A stretch of DNA of 64,000 nt from Phormidesmis sp. (GCA_965248535.1 CBDFJR010000002.1:1792001-1856000); one strand, 5' to 3'; shown: positions 29,711 through 40,359, numbered from the stretch's first letter. Program-made: numbers and translations. Notes: a model not told the origin generated them from the letters alone.

Positions 29711-31249
29711 ATGCTCAGTGCTTTAATTTGGATACCTGTGGTGGGAGCCTTGCTCATGGCGGTGTTGCCTGCCACGATCGCCGCCAGTCGAGTCCGTCAG
29801 GTGGCGATCGCGTTAAGCGCGATCGTGCTGGCGGTGACGATCGCGATCGCGACTCAGTTTGACACGCTGACTGTAGGAATGCAGTTTCAGGAGAACATTC
29901 CCTGGCTTGATTCGTTAGGGTTATCCTATCGCTTAGGCGTGGATGGGCTGTCGTTTCCGCTGCTGGCGCTGAGTAATTTCTTAACGCTGATTGCCATTTA
30001 CTGTAGCGATCCGCTCGTTCAGCGACCCAGGTTTTATTATGCGTTGATTCTCCTGTTAAATATGGGCGTTGCAGGCGCGTTTTTAGCTCAAAACCTCCTG
30101 TTGTTCTTCCTGTTCTATGAGCTTGAACTGATTCCGCTCTATCTGTTGATCGGCATTTGGGGCGGAGCGAGACGGGGATATGCCGCCACCAAGTTTTTGA
30201 TTTACACCGCGTTTTCGGGCGTTCTGATCTTGGCAGCGTTTTTAGGATTGACTTGGCTAGGGGGCGCGAGTTCCTTTGAGTTTGATCCCCGGTTGTCTCA
30301 GACGTTGCCGCTCACTACTCAACTGGTGTTGCTGGGCGCAATCTTGATCGGGTTTGGCATTAAGATTCCGCTATTCCCGCTGCATACCTGGTTGCCCGAT
30401 GCTCACGTTGAAGCCTCGACTCCCATTTCTGTGTTGCTAGCAGGGGTGTTGCTAAAGCTGGGAACCTACGGGTTAATTAGATTTGGGTTGCAGTTATTTC
30501 CTGAAGCGTGGGCAGTGTTAGCGCCTTGGCTGGCAACCTGGGCTGTGGTGAGTGTCTTGTTTGGGGCGTTTACAGCGATCGCCCAAACCGACATGAAAAA
30601 AATGGTTGCCTATAGCTCGATCGCCCACATGGGCTACATTCTGATGGCGGCGGCGGCGGCCACTCCCCTCAGTCTGCTGGCAACGGTTGTTCAAATGGTG
30701 AGTCACGGTCTGATCTCAGCTATGCTGTTTGCCCTAGTGGGCGTGGTTTATAAAAAAACCGGAACTCGCGACATCACGATTTTGCGAGGCTTGCTCAACC
30801 CAGAACGAGGGTTGCCCATCATCGGCAGCCTGATGGTGGTTGGCGTAATGGCCAGTGCCGGAATTCCCGGTATGGTTGGCTTTATTTCAGAGTTTCTGAT
30901 TTTTAGAGGCAGTTTTCCGGTGTTTCCCATCCAGACTCTGGTGTCGATGATCGGAACGGGACTGACGGCGGTTTATTTTTTGCTGCTGGTCAACCGGACT
31001 TTTTTTGGTCGCCTCCCAGAGCAGTTTGCTAATCTTCCGCGAGTGCCTTGGTCAGAGCGGGCCCCGGGCTTTGTGCTCGCCGTGCTGATCGTGATTTTAG
31101 GTCTGCAACCCAATTGGGTGGTGCGTTGGGCAGAGACGACCACGACGGCGATGCTGGTCGGTTTTCCGACCCTTGCTGCTAGTAGCGCCTTAGAATCTCC
31201 TCGTCCGGCTGACATTCTCGCGGGTGAGCAGCTCATCATTCACAACTAG
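29711..31249 (+). CDS. ndhD4: NDH-1(4) subunit NdhD4
   Basis: NuoM family, GLLNPERGLP; lies between ndhF4 and cupB. Confidence 0.93.
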   Translation: MLSALIWIPVVGALLMAVLPATIAASRVRQVAIALSAIVLAVTIAIATQFDTLTVGMQFQENIPWLDSLGLSYRLGVDGLSFPLLALSNFLTLIAIYCSDPLVQRPRFYYALILLLNMGVAGAFLAQNLLLFFLFYELELIPLYLLIGIWGGARRGYAATKFLIYTAFSGVLILAAFLGLTWLGGASSFEFDPRLSQTLPLTTQLVLLGAILIGFGIKIPLFPLHTWLPDAHVEASTPISVLLAGVLLKLGTYGLIRFGLQLFPEAWAVLAPWLATWAVVSVLFGAFTAIAQTDMKKMVAYSSIAHMGYILMAAAAATPLSLLATVVQMVSHGLISAMLFALVGVVYKKTGTRDITILRGLLNPERGLPIIGSLMVVGVMASAGIPGMVGFISEFLIFRGSFPVFPIQTLVSMIGTGLTAVYFLLLVNRTFFGRLPEQFANLPRVPWSERAPGFVLAVLIVILGLQPNWVVRWAETTTTAMLVGFPTLAASSALESPRPADILAGEQLIIHN

Positions 31250-31280
31250 GTTCTGTCTTTTTTAACTTCATCAGACGCTT

Positions 31281-32420
31281 ATGGTTACCACTCCGCTCAA
31301 GCCCTCTAATCATCCGTTAGCTGACATTATCGATCGCTTAGAATCGGGCGGTGCGCTGCTGCCTGACTCTCCAGAGAATGTGATTGAAGTGGTTGGCGTG
31401 CTCAAAAGCTATGGGGTTGTGTTAGATGCCTACTGGCGCAATCTGATTTACATTTCAGAACACCAGTTTTTAGAGTTGTTTCCGTTTTTCAAATATTTCA
31501 ATGGCGATGTTTCAGTGAACAAGTTGCTAAAGCACTGGTGGCACGATCGCTTCAACTATGAGTTTGCCGAATATTGCATGAAGGCCATGTTTTGGCACGG
31601 CGGTGGCGGATTGGATACTTATCTTGATTCGTCAGAATTTTTAGACCTCGTGCAAACAGCGACCACTGCCAAGTTAAAAAATAATTTGCCCATGCGGGGA
31701 GTCGCGAGAGTCTTTCCTGAATTTTTACCCGAACAAGTGCGCCAGCTATGCTACTACAGTGGGCTGGGTCAGTTTTGGAAGATCATGAGCAAAATGTTTT
31801 TAGATCTGTCTGATTCTTACGACGAAGGCACCATTCAATCGATTCCTGAAGTGGTTGAGTTTATTAAAGCCGCGCTAGTGGCTGCCGCCAGTGAACCGAT
31901 TACCTACGCGGTGAAAATTGGCGATCGCTCCTATGATCTGATTCCTAAATCTGCTGGGTTGACGTTTTTGATGGATACGGGAATTCCTTATATCGATGCG
32001 GTGTTTTTCCGATCGTTTCCTTTTATGGGCACCGTTTCTTATAACGCTCAAGCTCGACAGATTTCGTCTGATCAAGCCCGGTTTAACTATGGCGCGCTTT
32101 ACGCTGATCCTTTGCCCGTGGGCGGTGCAGGCATTCCGCCGACTCTGTTGATGCAAGATTTACGGCACGATCTGCCGCCCTATTTGCATGAGTTTTATCA
32201 GCGATCGCTGCGGGGTGAAGAAGATCTGCGCGTCAGAATTTGCGTCAGCTTTCAAAAGTCGATGTTTTGCGTCACCACGGCGGCGATTTTAGGCTTGATG
32301 CCCCATGCCATCGACACGATCGACGCAAGAGAGCAGCAAGCCAATCGCCAGTATCTTGAGGGCTGGATGGATCGATTGATAGATTCCCAGTTGCCCAATC
32401 TGCAAGTTTGTGATGTTTAG
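31281..32420 (+). CDS. cupB: CO2 hydration protein CupB (ChpX)
   Basis: 379 aa; MFWHGGGGLD, YADPLPVGGAGIPPT. Confidence 0.93.
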   Translation: MVTTPLKPSNHPLADIIDRLESGGALLPDSPENVIEVVGVLKSYGVVLDAYWRNLIYISEHQFLELFPFFKYFNGDVSVNKLLKHWWHDRFNYEFAEYCMKAMFWHGGGGLDTYLDSSEFLDLVQTATTAKLKNNLPMRGVARVFPEFLPEQVRQLCYYSGLGQFWKIMSKMFLDLSDSYDEGTIQSIPEVVEFIKAALVAAASEPITYAVKIGDRSYDLIPKSAGLTFLMDTGIPYIDAVFFRSFPFMGTVSYNAQARQISSDQARFNYGALYADPLPVGGAGIPPTLLMQDLRHDLPPYLHEFYQRSLRGEEDLRVRICVSFQKSMFCVTTAAILGLMPHAIDTIDAREQQANRQYLEGWMDRLIDSQLPNLQVCDV

Positions 32421-33982
32421 GCGATCAGTTCGGGCACGGCGATCGGGGTGAGTAGTTTCTGCTCCTTCAGACCTTCTAACTGCTGCCGTAGCTGGGTTCT
32501 GACCTGGTGGCGATAGCTGAAAAAATGTTCGCCTGCTCCTAAGACAACAAAATAGTCATAGACCAATTTGGGCTTTTGGAGCACGATCGTCACTAGCTGC
32601 CGCCAAAATTGCAGGCGCGTCGATCGCACAATGCCCTGCCGCCAGCAGATGGCCGAAAATAACCGCCACTCGATCAAGGTGAGACGGCGATCGCTCTTGC
32701 CACGCCAGCCGTTCATCGCCATAAAGTGGCGGAAGGTGCGTTTGAGATAGGGCATCGGTTCATAAATTTCCCAAAAGGCCTCGATGAATTCTTCGGTGAT
32801 TTCTTCAACAGGTCGAGTTGGCACAAAATTCATGATCACGCCAGAGTGAAAGGTGCCCGTGCCTCCCATCAGCCTGTTTTCCTGTTCGAGTCGGTTCCAC
32901 ATGGCGGTGTTTTGCAAGGCTTGCAGAAGACCAAACTGCGCCTGGGGAATGCCCGCATCTTCAACAAAAGCTTGAATTCGTTGCCCTGCGCCCGGCTGCT
33001 CGTGGTCAAAGCCCATGATGAACCCTGACATAATTTGCAGCCCTCTCTCGGTGATTTGGTGACACGATTCTAAGAGCGATTGGCGCGTGTTTTGCATCTT
33101 GTTGATGCCGATCAAACTCTCAGTGTCAGGCGTTTCGATGCCCATAAAGACGGTTGTAAACCCGGCTTTGACCATCAACTCGACTAACTCTAGATCTTCT
33201 GCCAGATTAAGCGAAGCCTCGGTGATCAAAATAAAGGGATAGTGATGCGACTCCATCCACGGAATCAGCGCTTGAAGAAAGATTTTGGCATTGCGTTTAT
33301 TGCCGATAAAGTTGTCATCGACGACAAACACATAGCGCCGCCACCCCAACTGGTAGAGCACCTCAAACTCAGCTAACATTTGGTCTGGATCTTTGGTGCG
33401 GGGCTTGCGACCGTAGAGATTGATGATGTCGCAAAACTCACATTGAAACGGGCAGCCTCGCGAAAACTGCACCGTGATGGCCAGATAAGCATTGAGATCT
33501 AACAAATCAAATCGCGCGATCGGGGTTTGAGTCACATCAGGTTTTTCAGCCGATCGAAAAATTCCAGATGGCTCGCCTCGCGCCAGTGCGTCTAAAAACT
33601 GCGGAATGGTGTGTTCTCCCTCATCTAAAATTAGATAGTGGGCACCCGCTTCGAGGGCAACACTGGGCACCGAAGTTGGGTAAGGGCCGCCGACCGCAAC
33701 TTTTTTGTTTAACGCCACGCCCCTGCGAATCAGCGCTTGAAAGTCTTGTTTTTGAATCACCATCGCCGAAAGAATGACGAGATCGCACCACTCCCAGTCG
33801 GCATCGGTTTCAAACCGGACGTTGCGATCGACAAACCGAATCTCCCAATCGGTCGGCAACATCGCCGCGATCGTAATCAATCCTAAAGGGGGATTGGTCG
33901 ATCTCAATCCTGCTAAATCTAAGGTTTCTTGATAAGACCAAAACGAGTTAGGCATCAGTGCCCAAAGCAGCAAAGCTTTCAT
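32417..33982 (-). CDS. B12-binding radical SAM protein (DUF4070-type C-terminus)
   Basis: PPLGL B12 domain; SRGCPFQCEFC motif. Confidence 0.9.
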   Translation of the reverse strand: MKALLLWALMPNSFWSYQETLDLAGLRSTNPPLGLITIAAMLPTDWEIRFVDRNVRFETDADWEWCDLVILSAMVIQKQDFQALIRRGVALNKKVAVGGPYPTSVPSVALEAGAHYLILDEGEHTIPQFLDALARGEPSGIFRSAEKPDVTQTPIARFDLLDLNAYLAITVQFSRGCPFQCEFCDIINLYGRKPRTKDPDQMLAEFEVLYQLGWRRYVFVVDDNFIGNKRNAKIFLQALIPWMESHHYPFILITEASLNLAEDLELVELMVKAGFTTVFMGIETPDTESLIGINKMQNTRQSLLESCHQITERGLQIMSGFIMGFDHEQPGAGQRIQAFVEDAGIPQAQFGLLQALQNTAMWNRLEQENRLMGGTGTFHSGVIMNFVPTRPVEEITEEFIEAFWEIYEPMPYLKRTFRHFMAMNGWRGKSDRRLTLIEWRLFSAICWRQGIVRSTRLQFWRQLVTIVLQKPKLVYDYFVVLGAGEHFFSYRHQVRTQLRQQLEGLKEQKLLTPIAVPELIA

Positions 33983-34127
33983 CAGACCTCCTATTAATTA
34001 GGGGTAATGTGAGTGAGCAATTCCTAAACCAACCGCGTTTTCTCGTTCCCAAGTGGATATCGGATTATTCTATAGAAACGATTGCTGAACGCCCTATCTT
34101 TTAAGAATTCGTATTACATCAAAGCAG

Positions 34128-34143
34128 TGTAGAAAATAATACA
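34128..34143. promoter_or_regulatory. NtcA-like box
   Basis: TGTA-GAAAATAA-TACA perfect GTA-N8-TAC. Confidence 0.45.
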
Positions 34144-34217
34144 AGTGCTGCTTTTAGGTATGAATGATTACTCATTAAGTTGTGACACGGATAGGTCTAC
34201 TGAACTGCCAATCCGTC

Positions 34218-34364
34218 ATAGATAATCATCAATATCAATGATTGGCTTTAGCTAAGGATAAAGTCTGCAAATGCTGTGCATTGAAATTTGGGTAGCAATA
34301 CGATCGAGTCTATTCAATCCATCAAAAAAATCAACGGTTGTCATCAATAAAGATGACTCTATTG
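34218..34364. promoter_or_regulatory. Two NdhR/CcmR-like LysR sites upstream of ndhF3
   Basis: ATAG-N8-CAAT at 34218-34233 and ATAA-N8-CTAT at 34347-34362, each one mismatch from ATAG-N8-CTAT. Confidence 0.55.
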
Positions 34365-34512
34365 GACTTAAGAATGTGATAGAAATTATAGTGAATCGCG
34401 AATCTTAAAAAACTCTTATCGCTGCCCTCAATCGCAGTCTTCGCCATCAAAAGGCGAGCGCTTTAGGCGATTCACCAGCCTTTTTCTAGCTTTATACTCC
34501 GAGATAATTGTG

Positions 34513-36405
34513 ATGGCTCACCTGCTGCTCCAGTCCGTCTGGTTAATTCCCTGCTATTCACTTTTAGGTGCAGCCCTGTCTGCCCTTTGGTTTCCGGGCA
34601 TCACTCGCCGCACGGGCCCCCGTCCTGCGGGCTATGTCAACGCCATTATGACTTTTCTATCATTTGCCCATGCGGCGATCGCGTTGCCCGCCACCTGGAA
34701 CCAACCTGCTCAACAGATCCTGGTTCCCTGGCTGCACGTCGCGGGGCTAGATTTAACCATCCCGATCGAGATTTCTTCGCTGACGATCGGGGCTATTGTC
34801 GTCGTCACCGGGTTGAATTTGCTGGCGCAAATCTTCGCGATCGGCTACATGGAAGTTGATTGGGGCTGGGGGCGACTCTATTCACTCATGGCAGTGTTTG
34901 AAGCGGGAATGGCCGCTTTGGCTCTTTGCAATTCTCTGTTTTTTAGCTACATCATTCTCGAAATTCTCACCCTGGGCACCTACTTGATTGTGGGCATTTG
35001 GTTTAACCAATCGTTAGTGGTGACCGGGGCGCGAGATGCCTTTCTCACCAAGCGACTGGGCGACCTATTTTTGCTGATGGGCGTGATTGCGCTGCTGCCG
35101 ATCGCCGGAACCTGGAACTTTTCAGAATTGGCAGAATGGGCCAAAACCGCCGACGTTGATCAAGGCATGATCACCCTAATCGGATTAGCATTAATCGCGG
35201 GGCCGATGGGCAAATGCGCTCAGTTTCCCCTGCATCTGTGGCTCGATGAAGCGATGGAAGGGCCAGTTCCTGCTTCGATTTTGCGAAACTCGGTCGTCGT
35301 GGCAACAGGTGCCTGGGTGCTCGTCAAGCTAGAACCCGTGCTGTCTCTGTCGCCCGTGGTGCTGTCTACGATGATGGTGATTGGGTCAATTTCGGCGATC
35401 GGGGGTTCGTTGATTGCTCTAGCTCAAATCGACATCAAACGAGCCTTTTCTTATCTGGTTACCGCTTACATGGGCGTTGTGTTCATCGCCATCAGTGCCC
35501 ACCAAATCGAAGCAGCGTTGCTAATCGTGTTAACTCACGCATTGTCAATGGCGTTAATGATGATGAGTAGTGGGGCCATCGTTTGGAACAACATTACCCA
35601 AGATGTCACGCAGCTAGGCGGTTTGTGGGCGCGTCGTCCGGTGTCAGGCTCGGCGCTGATTGTCGCCACAATTGGACTGATTGCCCTGCCGCCTTTTGGC
35701 AGTTTTTGGTCAATGCTCAAACTTGCAGATGGTCTGCAACAATCTGGGCATCCCTGGCTAGTGGGAGTGCTGCTCATTACAAATGCCCTGACCGGATTTG
35801 GACTGACTCGTGTATTTTGCCTCGTGTTTGGCGGCAAACCTAAGCAGATGTCAGAGCGATCGCCCGAAGTCCATTGGCCGATGGCGCTCCCAATGATCAT
35901 TTTGTCTGCGATGACGCTGCATCTGCCGCTCATCTTGCAAGCCCTATCGCTGCTGCCTGATTGGGCAAGTCTCAATCAAGACATGGCGCTATTGTTAATC
36001 TGGTCAAGCATTTTTGGATGCAGTCTGAGCGCAGTGATCTATCTAGGCAGCTATATTCAAAAGCCTGTGCAGTTTCCGATTAAGGCGCTGCAAGATTTAG
36101 TTGCTTATGACTTTTATACGCCAAAGCTTTATCGCAACAGCATTGTGTTGAGCGTTGCTGCCATTTCTCAACTGACTTCCTGGGTTGATAAATATCTTGT
36201 TGATGGTGTGGTTAATCTGTTTGGACTAGTCACTTTGTTTAGTGGTCAAAGTCTTAAATACAGCACGTCTGGACAATCGCAGTTTTATGCGTTGACGATT
36301 TTAATCGGAGTCACCGTTTTAGGGGTCTTTTTATGCTGGTCTTCACTCTCGCATCTGGTGCTAGTGATGACTGCCAGCCTGTTTCATTCGCAATCTCTAG
36401 GTTAA
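34513..36405 (+). CDS. ndhF3: NDH-1(3) high-affinity CO2-uptake subunit NdhF3
   Basis: RRTGPRPAGYVN, YMEVDWGWGR; operon with cupA. Confidence 0.93.
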   Translation: MAHLLLQSVWLIPCYSLLGAALSALWFPGITRRTGPRPAGYVNAIMTFLSFAHAAIALPATWNQPAQQILVPWLHVAGLDLTIPIEISSLTIGAIVVVTGLNLLAQIFAIGYMEVDWGWGRLYSLMAVFEAGMAALALCNSLFFSYIILEILTLGTYLIVGIWFNQSLVVTGARDAFLTKRLGDLFLLMGVIALLPIAGTWNFSELAEWAKTADVDQGMITLIGLALIAGPMGKCAQFPLHLWLDEAMEGPVPASILRNSVVVATGAWVLVKLEPVLSLSPVVLSTMMVIGSISAIGGSLIALAQIDIKRAFSYLVTAYMGVVFIAISAHQIEAALLIVLTHALSMALMMMSSGAIVWNNITQDVTQLGGLWARRPVSGSALIVATIGLIALPPFGSFWSMLKLADGLQQSGHPWLVGVLLITNALTGFGLTRVFCLVFGGKPKQMSERSPEVHWPMALPMIILSAMTLHLPLILQALSLLPDWASLNQDMALLLIWSSIFGCSLSAVIYLGSYIQKPVQFPIKALQDLVAYDFYTPKLYRNSIVLSVAAISQLTSWVDKYLVDGVVNLFGLVTLFSGQSLKYSTSGQSQFYALTILIGVTVLGVFLCWSSLSHLVLVMTASLFHSQSLG

Positions 36406-36420
36406 AGGATCTCAATCACT

Positions 36421-37974
36421 ATGCTGAGTGCATTAATTTGGCTGCCTGCGATCGGGGCTGCATTAATCGGATTTTTTCCAGGTCAGGTTTCGGCGAGTCG
36501 GGCGCGAGGGGTGGCGATCGCGGTCTCTGGCACCCTCTTGCTGTGGACAATCTATCTGCTAACGCAATTTAACCTCTCAACGCCTGGGCTACAGATGTCA
36601 GAATATCTGCCCTGGATTCCGACCTTGGGGCTGAATTATAGTTTGGGTGTTGATGGCTTGTCGTTGCCGTTGATAGCATTAACCAATCTGTTAATTTTTC
36701 TAGTCACTTTTAGTGGCGATCCGCAATCGCCCAAGTCAATTCCTCTCAAGCGTCCGCGATTGTTTTATTCGCTGGTGTTGCTGATTGGTGCTGGCATGGC
36801 AGGTGCGTTATTAGCGCAAAATTTACTGTTGTTCTTCCTATTCTATGAAGTGGAGTTAATTCCGTTTTATTTGCTGATCTCAATCTGGGGCAGCGAGAAA
36901 CGCGATTATGCAGCCATTAAGTTTTTGCTCTACACGGCGGTCTCTGGAATTCTAATTTTGGCGGCGTTCTTAGCGATGAATTGGCTCACGAATGCGTCTA
37001 GTTTTGACTATGACGCGATCGCCACTCAAGGGCTAACTCAACGCACTCAATTAATCTTGCTAACGCTGATGGTTGTTGGGTTTGGCATCAAAATTCCGCT
37101 AGTGCCGCTCCACACTTGGCTACCCGATGCCTATGTCGAAGCCTCGACCCCGACCGCGATTTTGCTCGGCGGCGTGTTAGCTAAGTTAGGCACCTATGGC
37201 TTAGTTAGATTTTGTTTGGGACTGTTCCCGGAAACTTGGGCCCTAGTGACTCCTGGATTGTCGATCGTCGCCGCCTTTAGCGTCATGTATGGCGCACTGG
37301 CCGCAATCGCTCAAAAAGACATCAAACGCATGGTGGCCTATAGCTCGATCGGGCACATGGGTTATGTTTTGTTGGGCACGATCGCGTTAACGCCCTTAGC
37401 CCTGGTGGGCGCGGTTTCTCAGATGGTCAGTCATGGCTTAATTTTGGCACTGCTGTTCTATCTCGTCGGTGTGATCGAGTCAAAGGTTGGCACTCGCGAT
37501 TTAGATGTGCTGAATGGGTTGCTCAATCCGATTCGCGGGTTGCCAACGATTAGCGCACTGCTGATTTTGGCAGGCATGGGCAGTGCCGGAATCCCCGGTA
37601 TGGCTGGCTTTGTTGCAGAATTTTTGGTGTTTCAAGGAAGCTTTGCAGCGTTTCCATTGCCGACGCTGCTGTGTGTCGCCGGAACAGGATTAACGGCTGT
37701 CTATTTTGTGATTTTGCTCAACCGAACTTGTTTTGGCAAGCTCGACAGCAAGACGGCCTACTATCCCAAAGTTACCTGGTTAGAACAACTTCCGGCGCTG
37801 GCGCTGACGGGTCTGCTCATCTGGCTCGGAGTCCAACCCACTTGGCTCGTGCGCTGGAGTGAATCGACCACCACCGCTTTAGTAGCAGCGACTCCGGTTT
37901 ATGAGTCTCGACAATTGGCGATGAACCCGATCGTGCTCCCCCCTCAGGCATCTCCTCCGGTCATTGGCGAATAA
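36421..37974 (+). CDS. ndhD3: NDH-1(3) subunit NdhD3
   Basis: NuoM family, GLLNPIRGLP, LNRTCFGKL. Confidence 0.93.
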   Translation: MLSALIWLPAIGAALIGFFPGQVSASRARGVAIAVSGTLLLWTIYLLTQFNLSTPGLQMSEYLPWIPTLGLNYSLGVDGLSLPLIALTNLLIFLVTFSGDPQSPKSIPLKRPRLFYSLVLLIGAGMAGALLAQNLLLFFLFYEVELIPFYLLISIWGSEKRDYAAIKFLLYTAVSGILILAAFLAMNWLTNASSFDYDAIATQGLTQRTQLILLTLMVVGFGIKIPLVPLHTWLPDAYVEASTPTAILLGGVLAKLGTYGLVRFCLGLFPETWALVTPGLSIVAAFSVMYGALAAIAQKDIKRMVAYSSIGHMGYVLLGTIALTPLALVGAVSQMVSHGLILALLFYLVGVIESKVGTRDLDVLNGLLNPIRGLPTISALLILAGMGSAGIPGMAGFVAEFLVFQGSFAAFPLPTLLCVAGTGLTAVYFVILLNRTCFGKLDSKTAYYPKVTWLEQLPALALTGLLIWLGVQPTWLVRWSESTTTALVAATPVYESRQLAMNPIVLPPQASPPVIGE

Positions 37975-38017
37975 TCTCAATTTCAAATTCATTAGCGACG
38001 ATTCAACCATTGCCGGA

Positions 38018-38041
38018 GGACACGACACGTCGTGTCCCTAC
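38018..38041. repeat. GTAG-type REP-like palindrome
   Basis: GGACACGAC-AC-GTCGTGTCC-CTAC; related copies at 60953 and 63760. Confidence 0.6.
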
Positions 38042-38076
38042 GGTGGAAAATTTTATAACTTTGGGAAAAAAATCCT

Positions 38077-39378
38077 ATGAATATGACCGCAACTCGCACC
38101 CAATTGCCGCCTTCACAACACCCGTTAGCTGACATTATTCATCGTCTCGAAGCTGGGGGAGCGATGCTGCCCGACACACCCGAAAACTTGATGCAAATCA
38201 TCGGGTTGTATAAGGCTTATGCCGTCCCGATGGATTTTTATTGGCGAGATTTGCTCTATATCGGTGAGCAGGTGTTCTTAAATCCGTTCCCATTCTTCAA
38301 ATATTTTATCTCAGAGGAATATCTCGATCGCCCCAATCATTACGCCGGAGACGACGCAGATCTGCGAATCTGGCGCGGACAAGCCGATGCCCACCCCGAG
38401 CTGCGAGAATTTATGGCCAAAGGGGAACTGAAGATGACGCTGCCCCGATTGGCCCATCACCTCTGGCACGATCGCATCAACATGGAGTTTGCTGAAGAAT
38501 GTATGCGATCGATGCTCTGGCATCGCGGGATGTATGTCCCGGTGAATCAGTTCGATCCATTTTTGGATAGCGATGAATATAAAGCGAACGCCGATCGCGC
38601 CATCAAAGCCTACTTTCAGGGCAATCCGGCCATGCTGGCACTCCACAAAGCCTTCCCGGAGTTGTTTTTAGAGCAGTGCCGTCAGTCATCTTATTACGCC
38701 AATTTAGGTCTGTTTTGGGAAGTGATGGCTCCGGTGTTTTTTGAAATGTCCGATTTATACGACGAAGGCAAAATGACCAGCGTGCCTCAAGCAATGGACT
38801 TTTTGGTGAATGGAATCTTCGCGATCGCCGGGCGACCCATCTACCACAACGTCTATATCCGAGGTGAATGCTACGAAATCATTCCCAAATCTAAAGGCTT
38901 TACCTGGCTCTATGAAGCGGCATTGCCCTATGTCGAAGCCGTGTTTTATCGCACGTCTCCCTTTCGAGGCACCAAGTCTTACAACGCTCAAGCGGGACAG
39001 GTTCCTGCCGCTCAAAAAGACTTTCACTATGGCGTGTTGTATGCTGACAAATTCCCCGTCGGCACGGCTGGCATTCCACCAACGCTGTTAGCGCAAGATA
39101 TGCTGCACTTCTTGCCTCAATATCTTGTGGATTATTATCAACAACACTGTCGAGGTGAAGACGATATGCTGATCCAATTGGCAATCAGCTTCCAGCGATC
39201 GATGTATTGCGTTACGTCTGCTGTGATTCAAGCGCTGCGCTGTGCGTTGCTCTACCCGTTAGATGATCCAAATCCAAATCATTTAAAAGCCAATCGCGCC
39301 TTTTTTGAGTCTCAACTCGATCGATTCTTGCGTCCAGAAGCCCGGATTCTAGATATTCAGACCCCAGATTATCGCTAG
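38077..39378 (+). CDS. cupA: CO2 hydration protein CupA (ChpY)
   Basis: 433 aa; AVPMDFYWRDL, YRTSPFRGTKSYNAQA. Confidence 0.94.
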   Translation: MNMTATRTQLPPSQHPLADIIHRLEAGGAMLPDTPENLMQIIGLYKAYAVPMDFYWRDLLYIGEQVFLNPFPFFKYFISEEYLDRPNHYAGDDADLRIWRGQADAHPELREFMAKGELKMTLPRLAHHLWHDRINMEFAEECMRSMLWHRGMYVPVNQFDPFLDSDEYKANADRAIKAYFQGNPAMLALHKAFPELFLEQCRQSSYYANLGLFWEVMAPVFFEMSDLYDEGKMTSVPQAMDFLVNGIFAIAGRPIYHNVYIRGECYEIIPKSKGFTWLYEAALPYVEAVFYRTSPFRGTKSYNAQAGQVPAAQKDFHYGVLYADKFPVGTAGIPPTLLAQDMLHFLPQYLVDYYQQHCRGEDDMLIQLAISFQRSMYCVTSAVIQALRCALLYPLDDPNPNHLKANRAFFESQLDRFLRPEARILDIQTPDYR

Positions 39379-39387
39379 GGTTCAACC

Positions 39388-39419
39388 AGATCTCCGACTT
39401 CTTAGAGAGTCGCAGATCT
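39388..39419. repeat. AGATC..CGACTTC palindromic cyanobacterial repeat between convergent cupA and murQ
   Basis: AGATCTCCGACTTCTTAGAGAGTCGCAGATCT; perfect copy at 57945, half copy at 55047. Confidence 0.7.
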
Positions 39420-40336
39420 CAGTGTTCACCTACTTGTGAAGCAGCTTGCCGCAGGTTTCCTTGATGGTTGGCTAACAAGCGATCGCTCTCTGCTTTCTCT
39501 AACCCCGTCCAGTGCATCAACAGCGCTAGTTTCACAGATCGTCCACTGCGTTCTAACAACTCTCCAGCCTCTTCTCGGCCCAACTCGGTCAGGTCTTGCA
39601 AAATGCCAATCGCCCGATCGTGCAGTTTTTGATTGGTCACTGCCACATCGATCATGCGGTTGCCATAAACTTTGCCAAGCTTGACCATGACGCTAGTTGA
39701 GAGAATATTCAGCGCCAGTTTGGTGACAGTTCCCGCTTTGAGGCGAGTCGAACCCGCCACCACCTCTGGCCCGACTAGCAAGCGAATGTTGATATCGACC
39801 TCAGCACTCACCTGCTCGATCGGAACGCAAGCCATAAAAATTGTGGTTGCGCCTCGCTGTCGGGCAGCTTTGAGCGCTCCATGAACGTAGGGCGTGGTGC
39901 CCCCAGCGGCAATGCCCACCACCACATCTAGCGAGGTGATCTGATGCTCGGCGATCGCGGCGGCTCCATCATCTGCCCGGTCTTCTAAGCCTTCAGAGCT
40001 TCGCACTAGGGCCGCTGCACCTCCGGCGATGATGCCTTGCACTAGGTCAGGAGGCGTGCAAAACGTGGGCGGACACTCTGCGGCATCCAAAACACCCAAC
40101 CGTCCGCTGGTGCCAGCCCCGACATAAAACAGCCGTCCGCCCTGGCGTAGAGAGATCGCAGTGCGATCGATCGCCTCTGCCAGCGATAATTTAGCCTCAG
40201 CGATCGCGGTGATCGTTTTGGCATCTTCGCGGTTAAATAACTCAACTAGCTCGATCGCCGACAGTTGATCGAGATTCAAGCTATCGGCATTGACCTGCTC
40301 AGTGAGCAAGTGACCCCGTGTTTTAAATGGTTGCAT
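39419..40336 (-). CDS. murQ: N-acetylmuramic acid 6-phosphate etherase
   Basis: GAGTSGRLG.LDA.ECPPTF, GSTRLKAGT. Confidence 0.96.
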   Translation of the reverse strand: MQPFKTRGHLLTEQVNADSLNLDQLSAIELVELFNREDAKTITAIAEAKLSLAEAIDRTAISLRQGGRLFYVGAGTSGRLGVLDAAECPPTFCTPPDLVQGIIAGGAAALVRSSEGLEDRADDGAAAIAEHQITSLDVVVGIAAGGTTPYVHGALKAARQRGATTIFMACVPIEQVSAEVDINIRLLVGPEVVAGSTRLKAGTVTKLALNILSTSVMVKLGKVYGNRMIDVAVTNQKLHDRAIGILQDLTELGREEAGELLERSGRSVKLALLMHWTGLEKAESDRLLANHQGNLRQAASQVGEH

Positions 40337-40359
40337 GGAGAATTAACGTAATGAGGTGA

